A stretch of 64,000 nt of DNA from an uncultured Candidatus Saccharibacteria bacterium (GTDB lineage: Bacteria; Patescibacteriota; Dojkabacteria; SC72). The notes under the pieces were generated by a model. That model ran no database searches. It saw only the letters and a program-made list of their open reading frames with translations, and was not told the DNA's origin. Positions 38,806 through 48,994 of the stretch are shown here, in pieces. How positions within the stretch are numbered: position 1 is the stretch's first letter; each line of letters opens with the position of its first letter. Location of the stretch: NCBI GenBank assembly GCA_964610125.1, contig CAZSUV010000002.1, positions 46,468-110,467 of the forward strand. The letters run 5' to 3'. Both the position numbers and the translations under genes were made by a program.

Positions 38806-39777
38806 ATGCATACTGTCCATATCGACGAAACAAATCAAGGGAATAGGGCAGATGCTTTTGTGTCAAACAATTTTAAGGTCCACAGTAGAAGCTTTTTAAA
38901 ACATAACTGGGAAAGACTCATATCCATTAATGGACAAACGGGGAAACCTTCTTACAAACTTCGAAAAGGGGATATTCTTGAAATCCAGGATGAAGAAGTA
39001 GATAAACTCTTAGAGGAGCATTCATTTGGAGAAATTATTCCACAACATCACACATTAGATATTAAATATGAGGACAAGGATTTCTTAATTATCAACAAGC
39101 CTAAAAATCTTGTTGTTCACCCCGGGGTTGGGAATCCTAAAGATACCTTAGTTAACTATGTTGTTGAATATCTTCAATCAAAAGAAGAATATGATCCAAG
39201 GATGGAAAGAGGAGGAATAGTACATAGGTTGGATAAACCTGTTTCAGGCTTAATCCTCTTTGCAAAGAATGTTGAAGCACAGCTATATTTTCAAAAACAA
39301 TTTGAAGAGCATAAGGTAGAGAAAATATATTTAGCAAAGGTAGAGTATGGCAATGATATTAGTGGTGAATTAAAAGAAAAATTCCCAACTCAATCATTAG
39401 ATGTCTCTGAAGAGTTGGATAAATTGGTTCAAAACAATTTTGAAATAGATGGTACATGGTTAAAGGCTGAAGGGTATGTTGGAAGAAGCTCTATTAACAG
39501 AATGAAAATGACCTTCAAAACATATACATTTAATCATGGAAGATACGCTTTGTCATACATTAAACCAGTAAGTAAAGATGAACTATTAGTAATTATAAAA
39601 ACCGGAAGAATGCATCAAATACGGGCTACAATAGAATATCTTGGGGCAAATATTGTAGGAGATACACTTTTCGAAACTTTAAAAGGCGGAGCTGTTCCAG
39701 ATGAGATTGAATTAGAATCAATTCTTCTTTGCTGCAATGATATGCAAGGAAAAAGATTAATCAATAGATTGAAATGA
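38806..39777 (+). CDS. rluD: 23S rRNA pseudouridine synthase, RluA/RluD family with S4 domain
   Basis: N-terminal S4-like domain. LIINKPKNLVVHPG and HRLDKPVSGLILFAKN. Confidence 0.8.
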   Translation: MHTVHIDETNQGNRADAFVSNNFKVHSRSFLKHNWERLISINGQTGKPSYKLRKGDILEIQDEEVDKLLEEHSFGEIIPQHHTLDIKYEDKDFLIINKPKNLVVHPGVGNPKDTLVNYVVEYLQSKEEYDPRMERGGIVHRLDKPVSGLILFAKNVEAQLYFQKQFEEHKVEKIYLAKVEYGNDISGELKEKFPTQSLDVSEELDKLVQNNFEIDGTWLKAEGYVGRSSINRMKMTFKTYTFNHGRYALSYIKPVSKDELLVIIKTGRMHQIRATIEYLGANIVGDTLFETLKGGAVPDEIELESILLCCNDMQGKRLINRLK

Positions 39778-40982
39778 AAAGACTGAGTTCACAGACTAAA
39801 ACTAAAAGTAAGAGTAAAACACATAAGAAAATAAATGTAAGCAAAATCATTGTATATACCTTGATAACAGGTCTGATCCTATTTTTGGGAATATATTTTG
39901 TAGTTCTGTTATCCGCTAAACTATCTGATTCAACCAAGATTAATGGCTCAAATCAATATCTACTCTCTCAGGCAAATGATGATACAAGTACCACGTTGAT
40001 TGTATTAGAGGGAAATAACGGACAAGAGAAAAGAATTAATGAGGCATACCTCTTTTTGACTAACAAAAACAAAGAAGAATCAATACTGATATATATACCG
40101 GGCTGGATGTACTATGGTGGTTTAGAAGAAGACTTTGGAAATAGTTTAGCTGTTTCAAGTTTTAGATATGCAGGAGATTTCCTCCAAGAAGGAAGAGGAG
40201 TCGAATATGCAATATGGCAAATAGGTCAAATGTTGGGTATAAAGGTCGATAACTATATTTGGTTCTCACCAGATGGTACGAAAAATTACTCAAATCTGTA
40301 TGGAGATATTAGTGGAGTAGAGGATAGAGTAAAAGAATATTACAAAGTAGTCGAAGGTGACTCTCTTAATGATACCTTCTTCAAGCTTTCGATGATGTCT
40401 TCAAGGTATTCTGCCATAAAAAATATATTTGGGATGTCAAAACTGGTAGGGTTTAGTAGCTCTGTATACAGCAATTTAAGCTTTACTGGTTTTCTTAACT
40501 TCTTTAACACATTAAACAGGACAGCAGCAAGCACAGAAACGTTTGGAATAGATCTATCATTCTATAGATACTCCACCGAAGACCTCTCAACTAGCGGTGG
40601 ACAGATTCGATATATTAATACGGATGAATTCGATAGTGTATATAGAGGTTTGATAGCGAAAATCATAGATAGATCTTTGGAAAAGGAAAGGGTTAGAGTA
40701 GAGATATACAATGGAAGTGGAGTTCCGGGGGCAGCTAAACAGTTCGGAAGAAAAATTGAAAATTCTGGATGTGATGTCGTAAGATATGAAAATGCACCAA
40801 AAACAATTGATAGAACTGTTTTGTATATTTCAAATGAAGAGAATTTCGCGAGCTCATTGAAAGTGGTCTCTGAAATTCTTTCTGGAAGCTATGACCTTGT
40901 AGTTGGGCGTCCCGAATTTATGACAACAGGTGATATTGTTGTAGTATTGGGACAAGATATTAAGCAGATGTACAGTTTCTAA
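39774..40982 (+). CDS. LytR-CpsA-Psr (LCP) family protein with LytR_C domain
   Basis: N-terminal TM. C-terminal RVEIYNGSGVPGAAKQFGRKIENSGCDVV (LytR_C-like). Confidence 0.5.
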   Translation: MKRLSSQTKTKSKSKTHKKINVSKIIVYTLITGLILFLGIYFVVLLSAKLSDSTKINGSNQYLLSQANDDTSTTLIVLEGNNGQEKRINEAYLFLTNKNKEESILIYIPGWMYYGGLEEDFGNSLAVSSFRYAGDFLQEGRGVEYAIWQIGQMLGIKVDNYIWFSPDGTKNYSNLYGDISGVEDRVKEYYKVVEGDSLNDTFFKLSMMSSRYSAIKNIFGMSKLVGFSSSVYSNLSFTGFLNFFNTLNRTAASTETFGIDLSFYRYSTEDLSTSGGQIRYINTDEFDSVYRGLIAKIIDRSLEKERVRVEIYNGSGVPGAAKQFGRKIENSGCDVVRYENAPKTIDRTVLYISNEENFASSLKVVSEILSGSYDLVVGRPEFMTTGDIVVVLGQDIKQMYSF

Positions 40983-41023
40983 AGATATTTGCTTAAATAC
41001 GCTTTTTCCTCTAAAATTTCCAT

Positions 41024-43612
41024 ATGATTGCAGCCATGTTAATACTTCTAGTCTTCGCTGGGGCCTTTGTAGCCTTCATATTGATTTGGGGAAGTAAAAC
41101 AAACAAAGTCGAACAGTCAGTTTTTGAAGATATCAGAAGTCCTTTGGTACTCCAGGTTTTAGTCCCTAGAGAGAATGACAAATCCGCGTTAGCAGCCGAA
41201 CAGATGTTTGCATCAGTTCACGGAATATTGGGAGATTTGATTAGAGGAGAGGACATTATCAGTTTTGAAATTATATCCAGTGATGAAGATGGTATCCGTT
41301 TCTACATTGTTACCCCAAAACATCTTGCAAAGTTTGTAGAAGGACAGATGTATGCTCAGTATCCAAATGCGGATATTAGCTATGTCGAAGACTATGCCAC
41401 ACGAGCCAATGGCAATGATGATACCTTTGTGACTTGTGGAGAGATTGAAATGGAAAAAGATTCTATATTTCCAATCAAAACATTTAGAAACTTTGAAGTA
41501 GACCCCCTTGCAGCAATTACTGGGGCAATGTCCGATCTTTCAAAAGGGGAAAAGGCATGGCTACAGATAGTCATAAGACCAGTTTCAAATTTCTGGCAAA
41601 AGGATTCGAAGAAATATATAACAGCCATAAAAGAAGGAAAGGATCTCAATGGAGAATCAATCTTTAGTAAAATTGTTGGGGGATTAATAAAATTGGGGAA
41701 TACTCTTTCAACTAGTGAATCCAGTCCTGCTAAGAAAGAAGTAGTGAAGCTAGAGCCAGGTCAGGAAGAAGAGTTAAAAGAGATTGAAACTAAGATGCTT
41801 AAGCTTGGTTTTGAAGTCAAAATCCGTGTGGTTACAAAGGCTGAGACTCAAGAAAGGTCCGAACAGATACTCCGCGATGTTACCGCAAGTTTCAAACAGT
41901 TTACCACTGCACACTTGAACAACTTCATACACTCCAAACCAACTAAAACAGGTAAAGAAATATATGATGAGTATGTCATTAGGCATATGGATGCGGATGA
42001 GCCAGATATATTAAATATTGAAGAGTTAGCATCTTTGTATCACTTACCAAATATATCAGTCGAGACACCAAATATCGCTTGGAGTAGATCAAGAAAGCTT
42101 GAGCCACCTATGAATATGCCTACAGCAAAAGATGGGGATGTCACAATCTTTGGAGAAACAGATTACAGAGGAGCCACAGTACAATTTGGATTAAAGAAAA
42201 CCGATCGTGCACGTCATTTCTATCTTTTAGGTAAAACCGGTGTAGGTAAATCTACAGTCTTTAAAAATATGTTCATATCCGACATATTGGCTGGAGATGG
42301 GGCATGCTTTGTAGACCCTCACGGAGACACTGTAGAGGATCTCTTAGACCATATTCCACCTAATCGTATAGATGATGTCATTTACTTTAATCCTACTGAT
42401 GTAGACCATCCTGTGGGCTTTAACTTGTTAGAACTTAAGGACAAATCACAGAGAGATTTAATCGCTGATGGAGTAGTGGAAGTATTTAAGAAGCAGTTTG
42501 GAGATTCATGGGGTCCAAGACTTCAATATATTCTTACCAATACTGTAGCAACAGCATTAGAAGCACAGGGGACTACCTTACTCGCAGTATTAAGAATGTT
42601 AACGGACAACAGCTACAGAAAATTCATCTTAAAGCAGGTAAATGATCCAATTCTTTACAAATTCTGGATAGAAGAATTTGCACAGATGTCTCAAAATCCA
42701 AGACTACTCGCAGAGGCTGTGGCTCCAATACAGAATAAGGTTGGAAGATTTGTATCTTCTGCCGTTACTAGAAATATCATTGGACAAGTCAAATCAACAA
42801 TTGATTTAAGAGAGATTATGGATAACCGAAAGATTCTTCTGGTAAATCTTGCCCAGGGTCGATTAGGAGAGGAAACAGCATCACTTCTAGGTGGTATGAT
42901 CATAACTCGATTACAAGCTACTGCTATGGAAAGAGTTGATATGCCTGAATCAGAGCGAAAAGATTTCTTCTTGTATGTTGATGAGTTCCAGAATTTCGCT
43001 ACAGAATCCTTTGCAAAGATTCTTTCTGAAGCTAGAAAATATCACTTAAGTTTGACAATGACTAATCAGTATATTGATCAATTACCTTTAACAGTAAGAC
43101 AGGCTATCTTTGGTAATGTAGGAACTTTGGGATCATTTGTTGTAAGTCAATCAGATGCATCAATATTGGAGAAAGAATTTGCTCCAGTAGTATCTTCTGA
43201 TGACCTTGTATCTTTGGATTCCCATGCTATGTATGTGAAGCTTTGTATTGATGGAATGACCTCTATACCTTTCAGTGCTAAATCTTTACCGGTTAGGTAT
43301 CAAAAATTTGATTGTAAACAAGAGATAATTGAGAAGTCCAGAGAGAAGTATGGTATGGATAGAGAAGTGATTGAAGACAAGATCCAGAAATGGAGTAATC
43401 AAACATACAGTGAGAAGGGGAATAGGTCAGTACCTGTAAATGATGAGCAAAGATCAACTGAAAGACCAGTTGAGAGAAAGGAATATACTAAACCTATTGA
43501 AAAAAAAGAAGAACCAAAAGCTGAACCTAAGAAGGAAGAAGTAAAGAAAGAGGAACCAAAGGTTGAACCTAAGAAAGAGGAAGAGAAAAAGAAGTACACT
43601 ATAAAGATTTAG
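41024..43612 (+). CDS. membrane-anchored FtsK/HerA-superfamily ATPase, type IV coupling protein (TraD/TraG/VirD4)-like
   Basis: N-terminal TM. Walker A LLGKTGVGKST followed by VDPHGD. Walker B/TraG-D_C-like LYVDEFQNF...RKYHLSLTMTNQYIDQL. C-terminal KEEPK low-complexity repeats. Confidence 0.6.
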   Translation: MIAAMLILLVFAGAFVAFILIWGSKTNKVEQSVFEDIRSPLVLQVLVPRENDKSALAAEQMFASVHGILGDLIRGEDIISFEIISSDEDGIRFYIVTPKHLAKFVEGQMYAQYPNADISYVEDYATRANGNDDTFVTCGEIEMEKDSIFPIKTFRNFEVDPLAAITGAMSDLSKGEKAWLQIVIRPVSNFWQKDSKKYITAIKEGKDLNGESIFSKIVGGLIKLGNTLSTSESSPAKKEVVKLEPGQEEELKEIETKMLKLGFEVKIRVVTKAETQERSEQILRDVTASFKQFTTAHLNNFIHSKPTKTGKEIYDEYVIRHMDADEPDILNIEELASLYHLPNISVETPNIAWSRSRKLEPPMNMPTAKDGDVTIFGETDYRGATVQFGLKKTDRARHFYLLGKTGVGKSTVFKNMFISDILAGDGACFVDPHGDTVEDLLDHIPPNRIDDVIYFNPTDVDHPVGFNLLELKDKSQRDLIADGVVEVFKKQFGDSWGPRLQYILTNTVATALEAQGTTLLAVLRMLTDNSYRKFILKQVNDPILYKFWIEEFAQMSQNPRLLAEAVAPIQNKVGRFVSSAVTRNIIGQVKSTIDLREIMDNRKILLVNLAQGRLGEETASLLGGMIITRLQATAMERVDMPESERKDFFLYVDEFQNFATESFAKILSEARKYHLSLTMTNQYIDQLPLTVRQAIFGNVGTLGSFVVSQSDASILEKEFAPVVSSDDLVSLDSHAMYVKLCIDGMTSIPFSAKSLPVRYQKFDCKQEIIEKSREKYGMDREVIEDKIQKWSNQTYSEKGNRSVPVNDEQRSTERPVERKEYTKPIEKKEEPKAEPKKEEVKKEEPKVEPKKEEEKKKYTIKI

Positions 43613-43671
43613 GAAAAGGTTTGTGATAGAATTACTATATCAAGATATAAATTCATATAGATTGTATATAT

Positions 43672-44457
43672 ATGTCAGGACACTCCAAATGGGATACGAT
43701 TAAACATAAGAAAGCATTGAATGATGCTAAAAAAGGTCAGGCATTTTCAAAATTGTCTGTACAAATTACTCATGCAGCTAGGCAGGGTGGGGGAGATCCA
43801 AATATGAATCCTAATTTGAGGTTGTATATTGATAAAGCTAGGGATGCTAGTTTCCCTATGGATAGAATTGAAAAAGCAATTGAAAAGGGAGTTGGTGGTG
43901 GGGACAGTGGCATTATATTTGAAGAAGCATCATATGAGGGTTTTGGGCCTGGTGGTATCCAATTAATCGTTGATACTATTAGTGATAACAAGAATAGAAC
44001 TGTTTCAGAATTAAGACAGATATTTGATCAGATAGGAGGAAATATTGGTGCTGAAGGCTCGGTATCATGGAATTTTGAAACTAAGGGATATATTGTGGTT
44101 AAGTCTGGTCATATGCAAAAATCTGAGAAATTTGGTGGTGAAGATACTTTTGTAGCTGATGATTCTGAAGGTGTAATGATGATGCTTATGGATATCCCTG
44201 GGATATTGGATATACAAGAGATAGATATGGATAATGGAGTAAAGGGATTTGAGATATATACAGAATATAATCAATTGGCTCAGGTTAGGGATAGTATTAG
44301 TAAATTAAGTTTTGTATTAAAAGAGGCTGAGATTGTTAAAGAACCTAAGATATACAAGAAATTAGAGGGAGAAGAGTTAGAGAAAGCGCAGAATGCTATA
44401 GAAAGATTAGAAGAGTATGATGATGTTCAGAATGTATGGACAGACTTGGATTACTAA
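43672..44457 (+). CDS. yebC: YebC/PmpR family transcriptional regulator
   Basis: MSGHSKWDTIKHKKA N-terminus. Conserved position upstream of ruvCAB. Confidence 0.85.
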   Translation: MSGHSKWDTIKHKKALNDAKKGQAFSKLSVQITHAARQGGGDPNMNPNLRLYIDKARDASFPMDRIEKAIEKGVGGGDSGIIFEEASYEGFGPGGIQLIVDTISDNKNRTVSELRQIFDQIGGNIGAEGSVSWNFETKGYIVVKSGHMQKSEKFGGEDTFVADDSEGVMMMLMDIPGILDIQEIDMDNGVKGFEIYTEYNQLAQVRDSISKLSFVLKEAEIVKEPKIYKKLEGEELEKAQNAIERLEEYDDVQNVWTDLDY

Positions 44458-44518
44458 GATATAGTTTATTATAGAATAGTACTGCCCAGTACTAATTTTT
44501 AAAGCAAGAAGCGCCATA

Positions 44519-45097
44519 ATGAGTGAACCAATAGAAAGAACTCATGTAAACACAGAAGGGTTTTTAAATTCCGAGTATGAAAGAACGATAGCTAGCGAAT
44601 TAGAAGTAAAATTTCTATCTTGGCTTAAGAGTCCTAAGCAATTAAATCGCGAAGGAATTAACTACAGCATATGTAATAAGGTGGAGGAGGAGAAAACAGA
44701 TATGGATCTTTCAGGTGTTGTGGGCGACATCCTAGCAGTAGAACAATTCTCTCCAGATGATAATGAAATGACACTGTTTTTTGAATATATCCCAGATACG
44801 CACGATCATCCTGTAACTATTTACGGGAAAGCACTTAAGGGTATTCCTACAATTAAAGTTCTAAAAGAGTTTTATAAACCTAATTACACACACACGAGGA
44901 CTCGACCAAATGTACTATTACATGAAAATGGGTTTTACATTAATTGTATTACAATAGAAGTCCCAGAGGAATTATTTGATACTATGGACGCTAATGTTGC
45001 AGATTTAAAAGAAATAGCGTTATCAAATTTGAAGGACATGATTAATCCACCTCCAATTACGCCTAATGGAAAAAGATTGGCAAAAAAAATACGATAA
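44519..45097 (+). CDS. hypothetical protein
   Basis: 192 aa, no motif. Confidence 0.45.
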   Translation: MSEPIERTHVNTEGFLNSEYERTIASELEVKFLSWLKSPKQLNREGINYSICNKVEEEKTDMDLSGVVGDILAVEQFSPDDNEMTLFFEYIPDTHDHPVTIYGKALKGIPTIKVLKEFYKPNYTHTRTRPNVLLHENGFYINCITIEVPEELFDTMDANVADLKEIALSNLKDMINPPPITPNGKRLAKKIR

Positions 45098-45133
45098 TTT
45101 TACTGCTCCAATTAAGTTTATATTTTAATAATT

Positions 45134-45586
45134 ATGTCAATATTTACTGATGAAAAAGAGCAAAGACCAGAAAATAGAATAAGACGAGAAAAAATGATGA
45201 AGCTTTTTCAAGCAGCAATGCTGAACCCCGCAGAGAATCTTCGAGTTTCGGAATTAGTAGGATTGATCAAGATTGAAAATAATGGATATATTTTGGGGTT
45301 CTTAATAGCTAATCCATATACGGAAGTTGATTATGCAAGAACATTAGTTGAGGGGGATTATGCTGATCAAAGTGCTAGAGATAGACTTTTTTATACAGAA
45401 TTGCTTTGTCAGGAAGGAAAAGAAGGATTAAATCCAGATTGCCCAATCCCTGTATTGGTTCTTAATAAAGAGACAGTAGTAGAATGTATCGTCTTTGATT
45501 ATATGCCACTTTCTTCCAAGGAGAGGGATAAAGCAATAAATGGATCTAAGGAAGCTACCTCTGTACTAAAGAATATGATAGTTTAG
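45134..45586 (+). CDS. hypothetical protein
   Basis: 150 aa, no motif. Confidence 0.45.
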   Translation: MSIFTDEKEQRPENRIRREKMMKLFQAAMLNPAENLRVSELVGLIKIENNGYILGFLIANPYTEVDYARTLVEGDYADQSARDRLFYTELLCQEGKEGLNPDCPIPVLVLNKETVVECIVFDYMPLSSKERDKAINGSKEATSVLKNMIV

Positions 45587-45601
45587 TGCTATCATATACC
45601 C

Positions 45602-46087
45602 ATGAGAATATTAGGAATAGATCCAGGAGTAGCAACAACTGGATGGGCCATAATTGATTTTGGAGAAGATAATAAACCACATCCTGTGGACTTTGGAGCT
45701 ATCCTAACTGCAAAAACATTAACAATATCCCAAAGATTAGAAGAAATATACAAAGATTTGAACGAATTAATTCTCAAATTTAAACCCGAATATGCTGGAG
45801 TAGAAACTTTACTCTTCTGTAATAACGCTAAGACAGCAATAACAGTGGGAGAGGCTAGGGGAGTAGTATTACTAACACTACAACAACACAACATACCATT
45901 AGAAGAATTTACACCATTACAAGTAAAAGATGCCATAACAGGATATGGAAAAGCCGATAAAAGACAAGTACAGGAGAATGTAAAAACCATATGCGAATTA
46001 GACGAAATACCCAAGCCCGATGATGCTGCAGATGCCTTAGCCATAGCCATAGCTACCGAAATATTGGTCTCGAGGAAACAATACTAA
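45602..46087 (+). CDS. ruvC: Holliday junction resolvase RuvC
   Basis: MRILGIDPGVATTGWAI start. Confidence 0.85.
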   Translation: MRILGIDPGVATTGWAIIDFGEDNKPHPVDFGAILTAKTLTISQRLEEIYKDLNELILKFKPEYAGVETLLFCNNAKTAITVGEARGVVLLTLQQHNIPLEEFTPLQVKDAITGYGKADKRQVQENVKTICELDEIPKPDDAADALAIAIATEILVSRKQY

Positions 46088-46106
46088 TACTGTATAATGG
46101 ACATAT

Positions 46107-46688
46107 ATGATTTCATACATTAGTGGAAAACTACTCAAAGTATTCATAGGGAAAGACTCATTTGTAGATATATTAACCGCTTCAGGAGTAGGATATCGTG
46201 TATTTCTGACTAAGAAGATTAACATTGTAAACGATGGCTCTCCAGTAGCTCTATATACATCCTTCCATGTAAGAGAAGATGCACAAACACTCTTTGGATT
46301 CTTAACCGAATCAGAACGAGATTTCTTTGAAAAGTTATTAACAGTATCAGGCGTTGGACCAAAAGTGGCCTTAGCCATACTCTCTACATATTCACAATTA
46401 GAGGTAGAGAATATGATTGTAGATGGGGATGATGCAGGATTAAGTAAAACACCAGGTTTAGGCAGTAAAGGAGCTCAAAAGATTATATTGGAGCTAAGAG
46501 GAAAGATTGATTTCAAAAAAGAAACACCAAAGGAAAGTGATGATATGAAAGATCTGAAGAATGCATTGAAAGCATTAGGCTTCAATGGAGAAGCATTGAA
46601 CTCTCAACTTGAAAAAGGTGAAGAGATTATGAAGAAGGACAAGGATATTGAAATAGAGACATTAATTAAAAAAGTACTATCTGAGTAA
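46107..46688 (+). CDS. ruvA: Holliday junction branch migration protein RuvA
   Basis: MISYISGKL... and VSGVGPKVALAILS (HhH). Confidence 0.85.
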   Translation: MISYISGKLLKVFIGKDSFVDILTASGVGYRVFLTKKINIVNDGSPVALYTSFHVREDAQTLFGFLTESERDFFEKLLTVSGVGPKVALAILSTYSQLEVENMIVDGDDAGLSKTPGLGSKGAQKIILELRGKIDFKKETPKESDDMKDLKNALKALGFNGEALNSQLEKGEEIMKKDKDIEIETLIKKVLSE

Positions 46689-47719
46689 TGATACAATCAA
46701 GTTCAGAATTAAAAAAGAAACCCATTACAAAAAAAATCACACCTAAAAAAGAGGTCTTAGATATTCTTGAGCAAGAACAAAAGATTAGACCATCTAAATT
46801 AGATGAGATGATTGGTAGAGAGCAAGAGAAAAGAACACTTAAAATGATGATTGACTCTGCGAAGAAGAGAAAAGAAGTTGTAGATCACATCTTGTTCTAT
46901 GGTCCTCCAGGATTAGGTAAAACAACGTTTGCAATGGCTATAGCTAATGAGATAGGGGGAAGTATTCGGATAACCTCTGGACCTGCAATTGAAAGACAAG
47001 GAGATCTTGCAGCTATACTTACTGGATTGAAACGAAACGATATTCTTTTCATTGATGAAATCCATAGGCTATCCAGAGTAGTTGAGGAAATTCTTTACCC
47101 AGCTATGGAAGATGGTGTATTAGATATCGTAATGGGAAAAGGTCCATCAGCTAAGACTATTAGATTGAGCTTGGAACCATTTACATTAATTGGGGCTACA
47201 ACGCAGATAGGGAAGATTAGCTCACCAATGAGGGATAGGTTCGGATTAGTTCAGAGATTAGATTTCTTTACCAGTGAAGATATGGGATCAATATTAAAAC
47301 GTGCCGCTAACCTTTGGAAGATTGGAATAGAGGACGAAGCATTGGAAAAGCTATCTAACTGTTCTCGTGGCACAGCTAGAATTGGATTAAGACTCTTAAA
47401 GCGAACGAGAGATTACATGGAGAATAGTTCAAATACAACTATAAATATGGATGCAGTTAATCAAACATTAAAGCTTTTAGATATTGATGAATATGGATTA
47501 GAGAATATAGATAGATTAATACTTCATACCATATTAAACAACTTTAATGGTGGACCTGTAGGTGCTTCTACGCTTGCAGCATCTCTTTCAGAAGATGTCT
47601 CCACTGTAGCAGATGTATATGAACCATACCTTATGAAATGTGGATATTTAAAGCGTACATCCAGAGGTAGAGTAATCACTCAAAAAGGATTAAAATATTT
47701 GGAAGATTTAAATGGATAG
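46688..47719 (+). CDS. ruvB: Holliday junction branch migration ATPase RuvB
   Basis: FYGPPGLGKTTFA Walker A, DEIHRL sensor. Confidence 0.9.
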   Translation: MIQSSSELKKKPITKKITPKKEVLDILEQEQKIRPSKLDEMIGREQEKRTLKMMIDSAKKRKEVVDHILFYGPPGLGKTTFAMAIANEIGGSIRITSGPAIERQGDLAAILTGLKRNDILFIDEIHRLSRVVEEILYPAMEDGVLDIVMGKGPSAKTIRLSLEPFTLIGATTQIGKISSPMRDRFGLVQRLDFFTSEDMGSILKRAANLWKIGIEDEALEKLSNCSRGTARIGLRLLKRTRDYMENSSNTTINMDAVNQTLKLLDIDEYGLENIDRLILHTILNNFNGGPVGASTLAASLSEDVSTVADVYEPYLMKCGYLKRTSRGRVITQKGLKYLEDLNG

Positions 47720-48536
47720 AACAGATGCAAACACAGATAGCGAGAAGAGGGGAAAGTTCCTGTTTTTAGCAGGGGTTATAACTTTAGCCATATTCCTAAC
47801 CAAGGTATTGCAAGGCCAAGATGATATGCCCAATTGGAGAATATATTTAGATGGGGCCATATATTTCATTGTGGCTTTCGTTGGGTTACTTTGGGCATTC
47901 AATTTTCAGATAAAGGTAAAATCTCTACTGTATATTCTTCAATCCAGCCTGTTTGTACTCTCAGAAGTTATTTTTGTGGAGATTTTCTTTTTCCAAAAGT
48001 TCGGACGTTTGTATGAATCTCTTATCCTTATAATGCTACTAGTATTAATATTCATAGGTATATATGTATCCTTCCTAATGGCAAATGTATTCAATGTAGA
48101 TTTGTTCAAAAAACTCCCATTGGTACAAGTTGGTAGAACCTCTTCATACCTCATCTCGCTCTTGATGATATATTTTTTAACATTTAGTATATTGTCCTCA
48201 AGTCTGCCTTTGTATTTTGTTCTTCCAATCATATTAATTGTATATATGCTCATTGCTCTAATTCATTATGTAAATATGGGAATGGAGGAGGGGGAGTTGT
48301 GGAGAAAGACTCTTTTAACAACTGCAATATCTATGATTCTATTCTTAGGGGTGTTCTTAACTGGTAGTACACACGAGCTTACGGCTATTGTTCCTGCATT
48401 GGGATACTACTTCGCTGTAAGTATGGTAACCCAGGAACAGATATTTAGAAAGAATTCTATTAGTTTTATATTCTCAATGATTCTTTTATCTGTAGCATTT
48501 TTTGCAGTAATAATTTTGAATATGATTTCAAGTTAA
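47712..48536 (+). CDS. polytopic membrane protein
   Basis: 274 aa with about 7 hydrophobic helices. Confidence 0.5.
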   Translation: MDRTDANTDSEKRGKFLFLAGVITLAIFLTKVLQGQDDMPNWRIYLDGAIYFIVAFVGLLWAFNFQIKVKSLLYILQSSLFVLSEVIFVEIFFFQKFGRLYESLILIMLLVLIFIGIYVSFLMANVFNVDLFKKLPLVQVGRTSSYLISLLMIYFLTFSILSSSLPLYFVLPIILIVYMLIALIHYVNMGMEEGELWRKTLLTTAISMILFLGVFLTGSTHELTAIVPALGYYFAVSMVTQEQIFRKNSISFIFSMILLSVAFFAVIILNMISS

Positions 48537-48994
48537 TTTGGGGTATACATATGGGAGTAGGGGGTAGGGCCTGTAGTTACACGAGACCCATAGTTTCACT
48601 AATCCTATAGTAATCACTGTGGATAACCTTCTGCTAATCATTTCCCACGAATAAAAAGAATTATCAGTAGAGTATGGGTTTGAAGAATTCATCAATTATC
48701 AATGAATGTATACATATGAGAGAGAGGGTTCTACTCTGATGAAATATATGTTACAATTCTAGAATTAATGACCGAGTATAATCGTCCTTATACGCTGTCT
48801 CGTGCCTTAGAAATTTGAAAAGTCCATTTGTGTAGCTCTTTTTATTAGTTCCTTAGATTCTCTGAATATTAGTTTTATTTTATCTCTATTCTTTCCTTAT
48901 CTATTCCTCATTCTCCTTACATAATCTCTCAAAATCAAAAAATTGGCCCCCTACTCTGATTGGTTAAAAATTATTTTTGTAGTAACATAAATAT

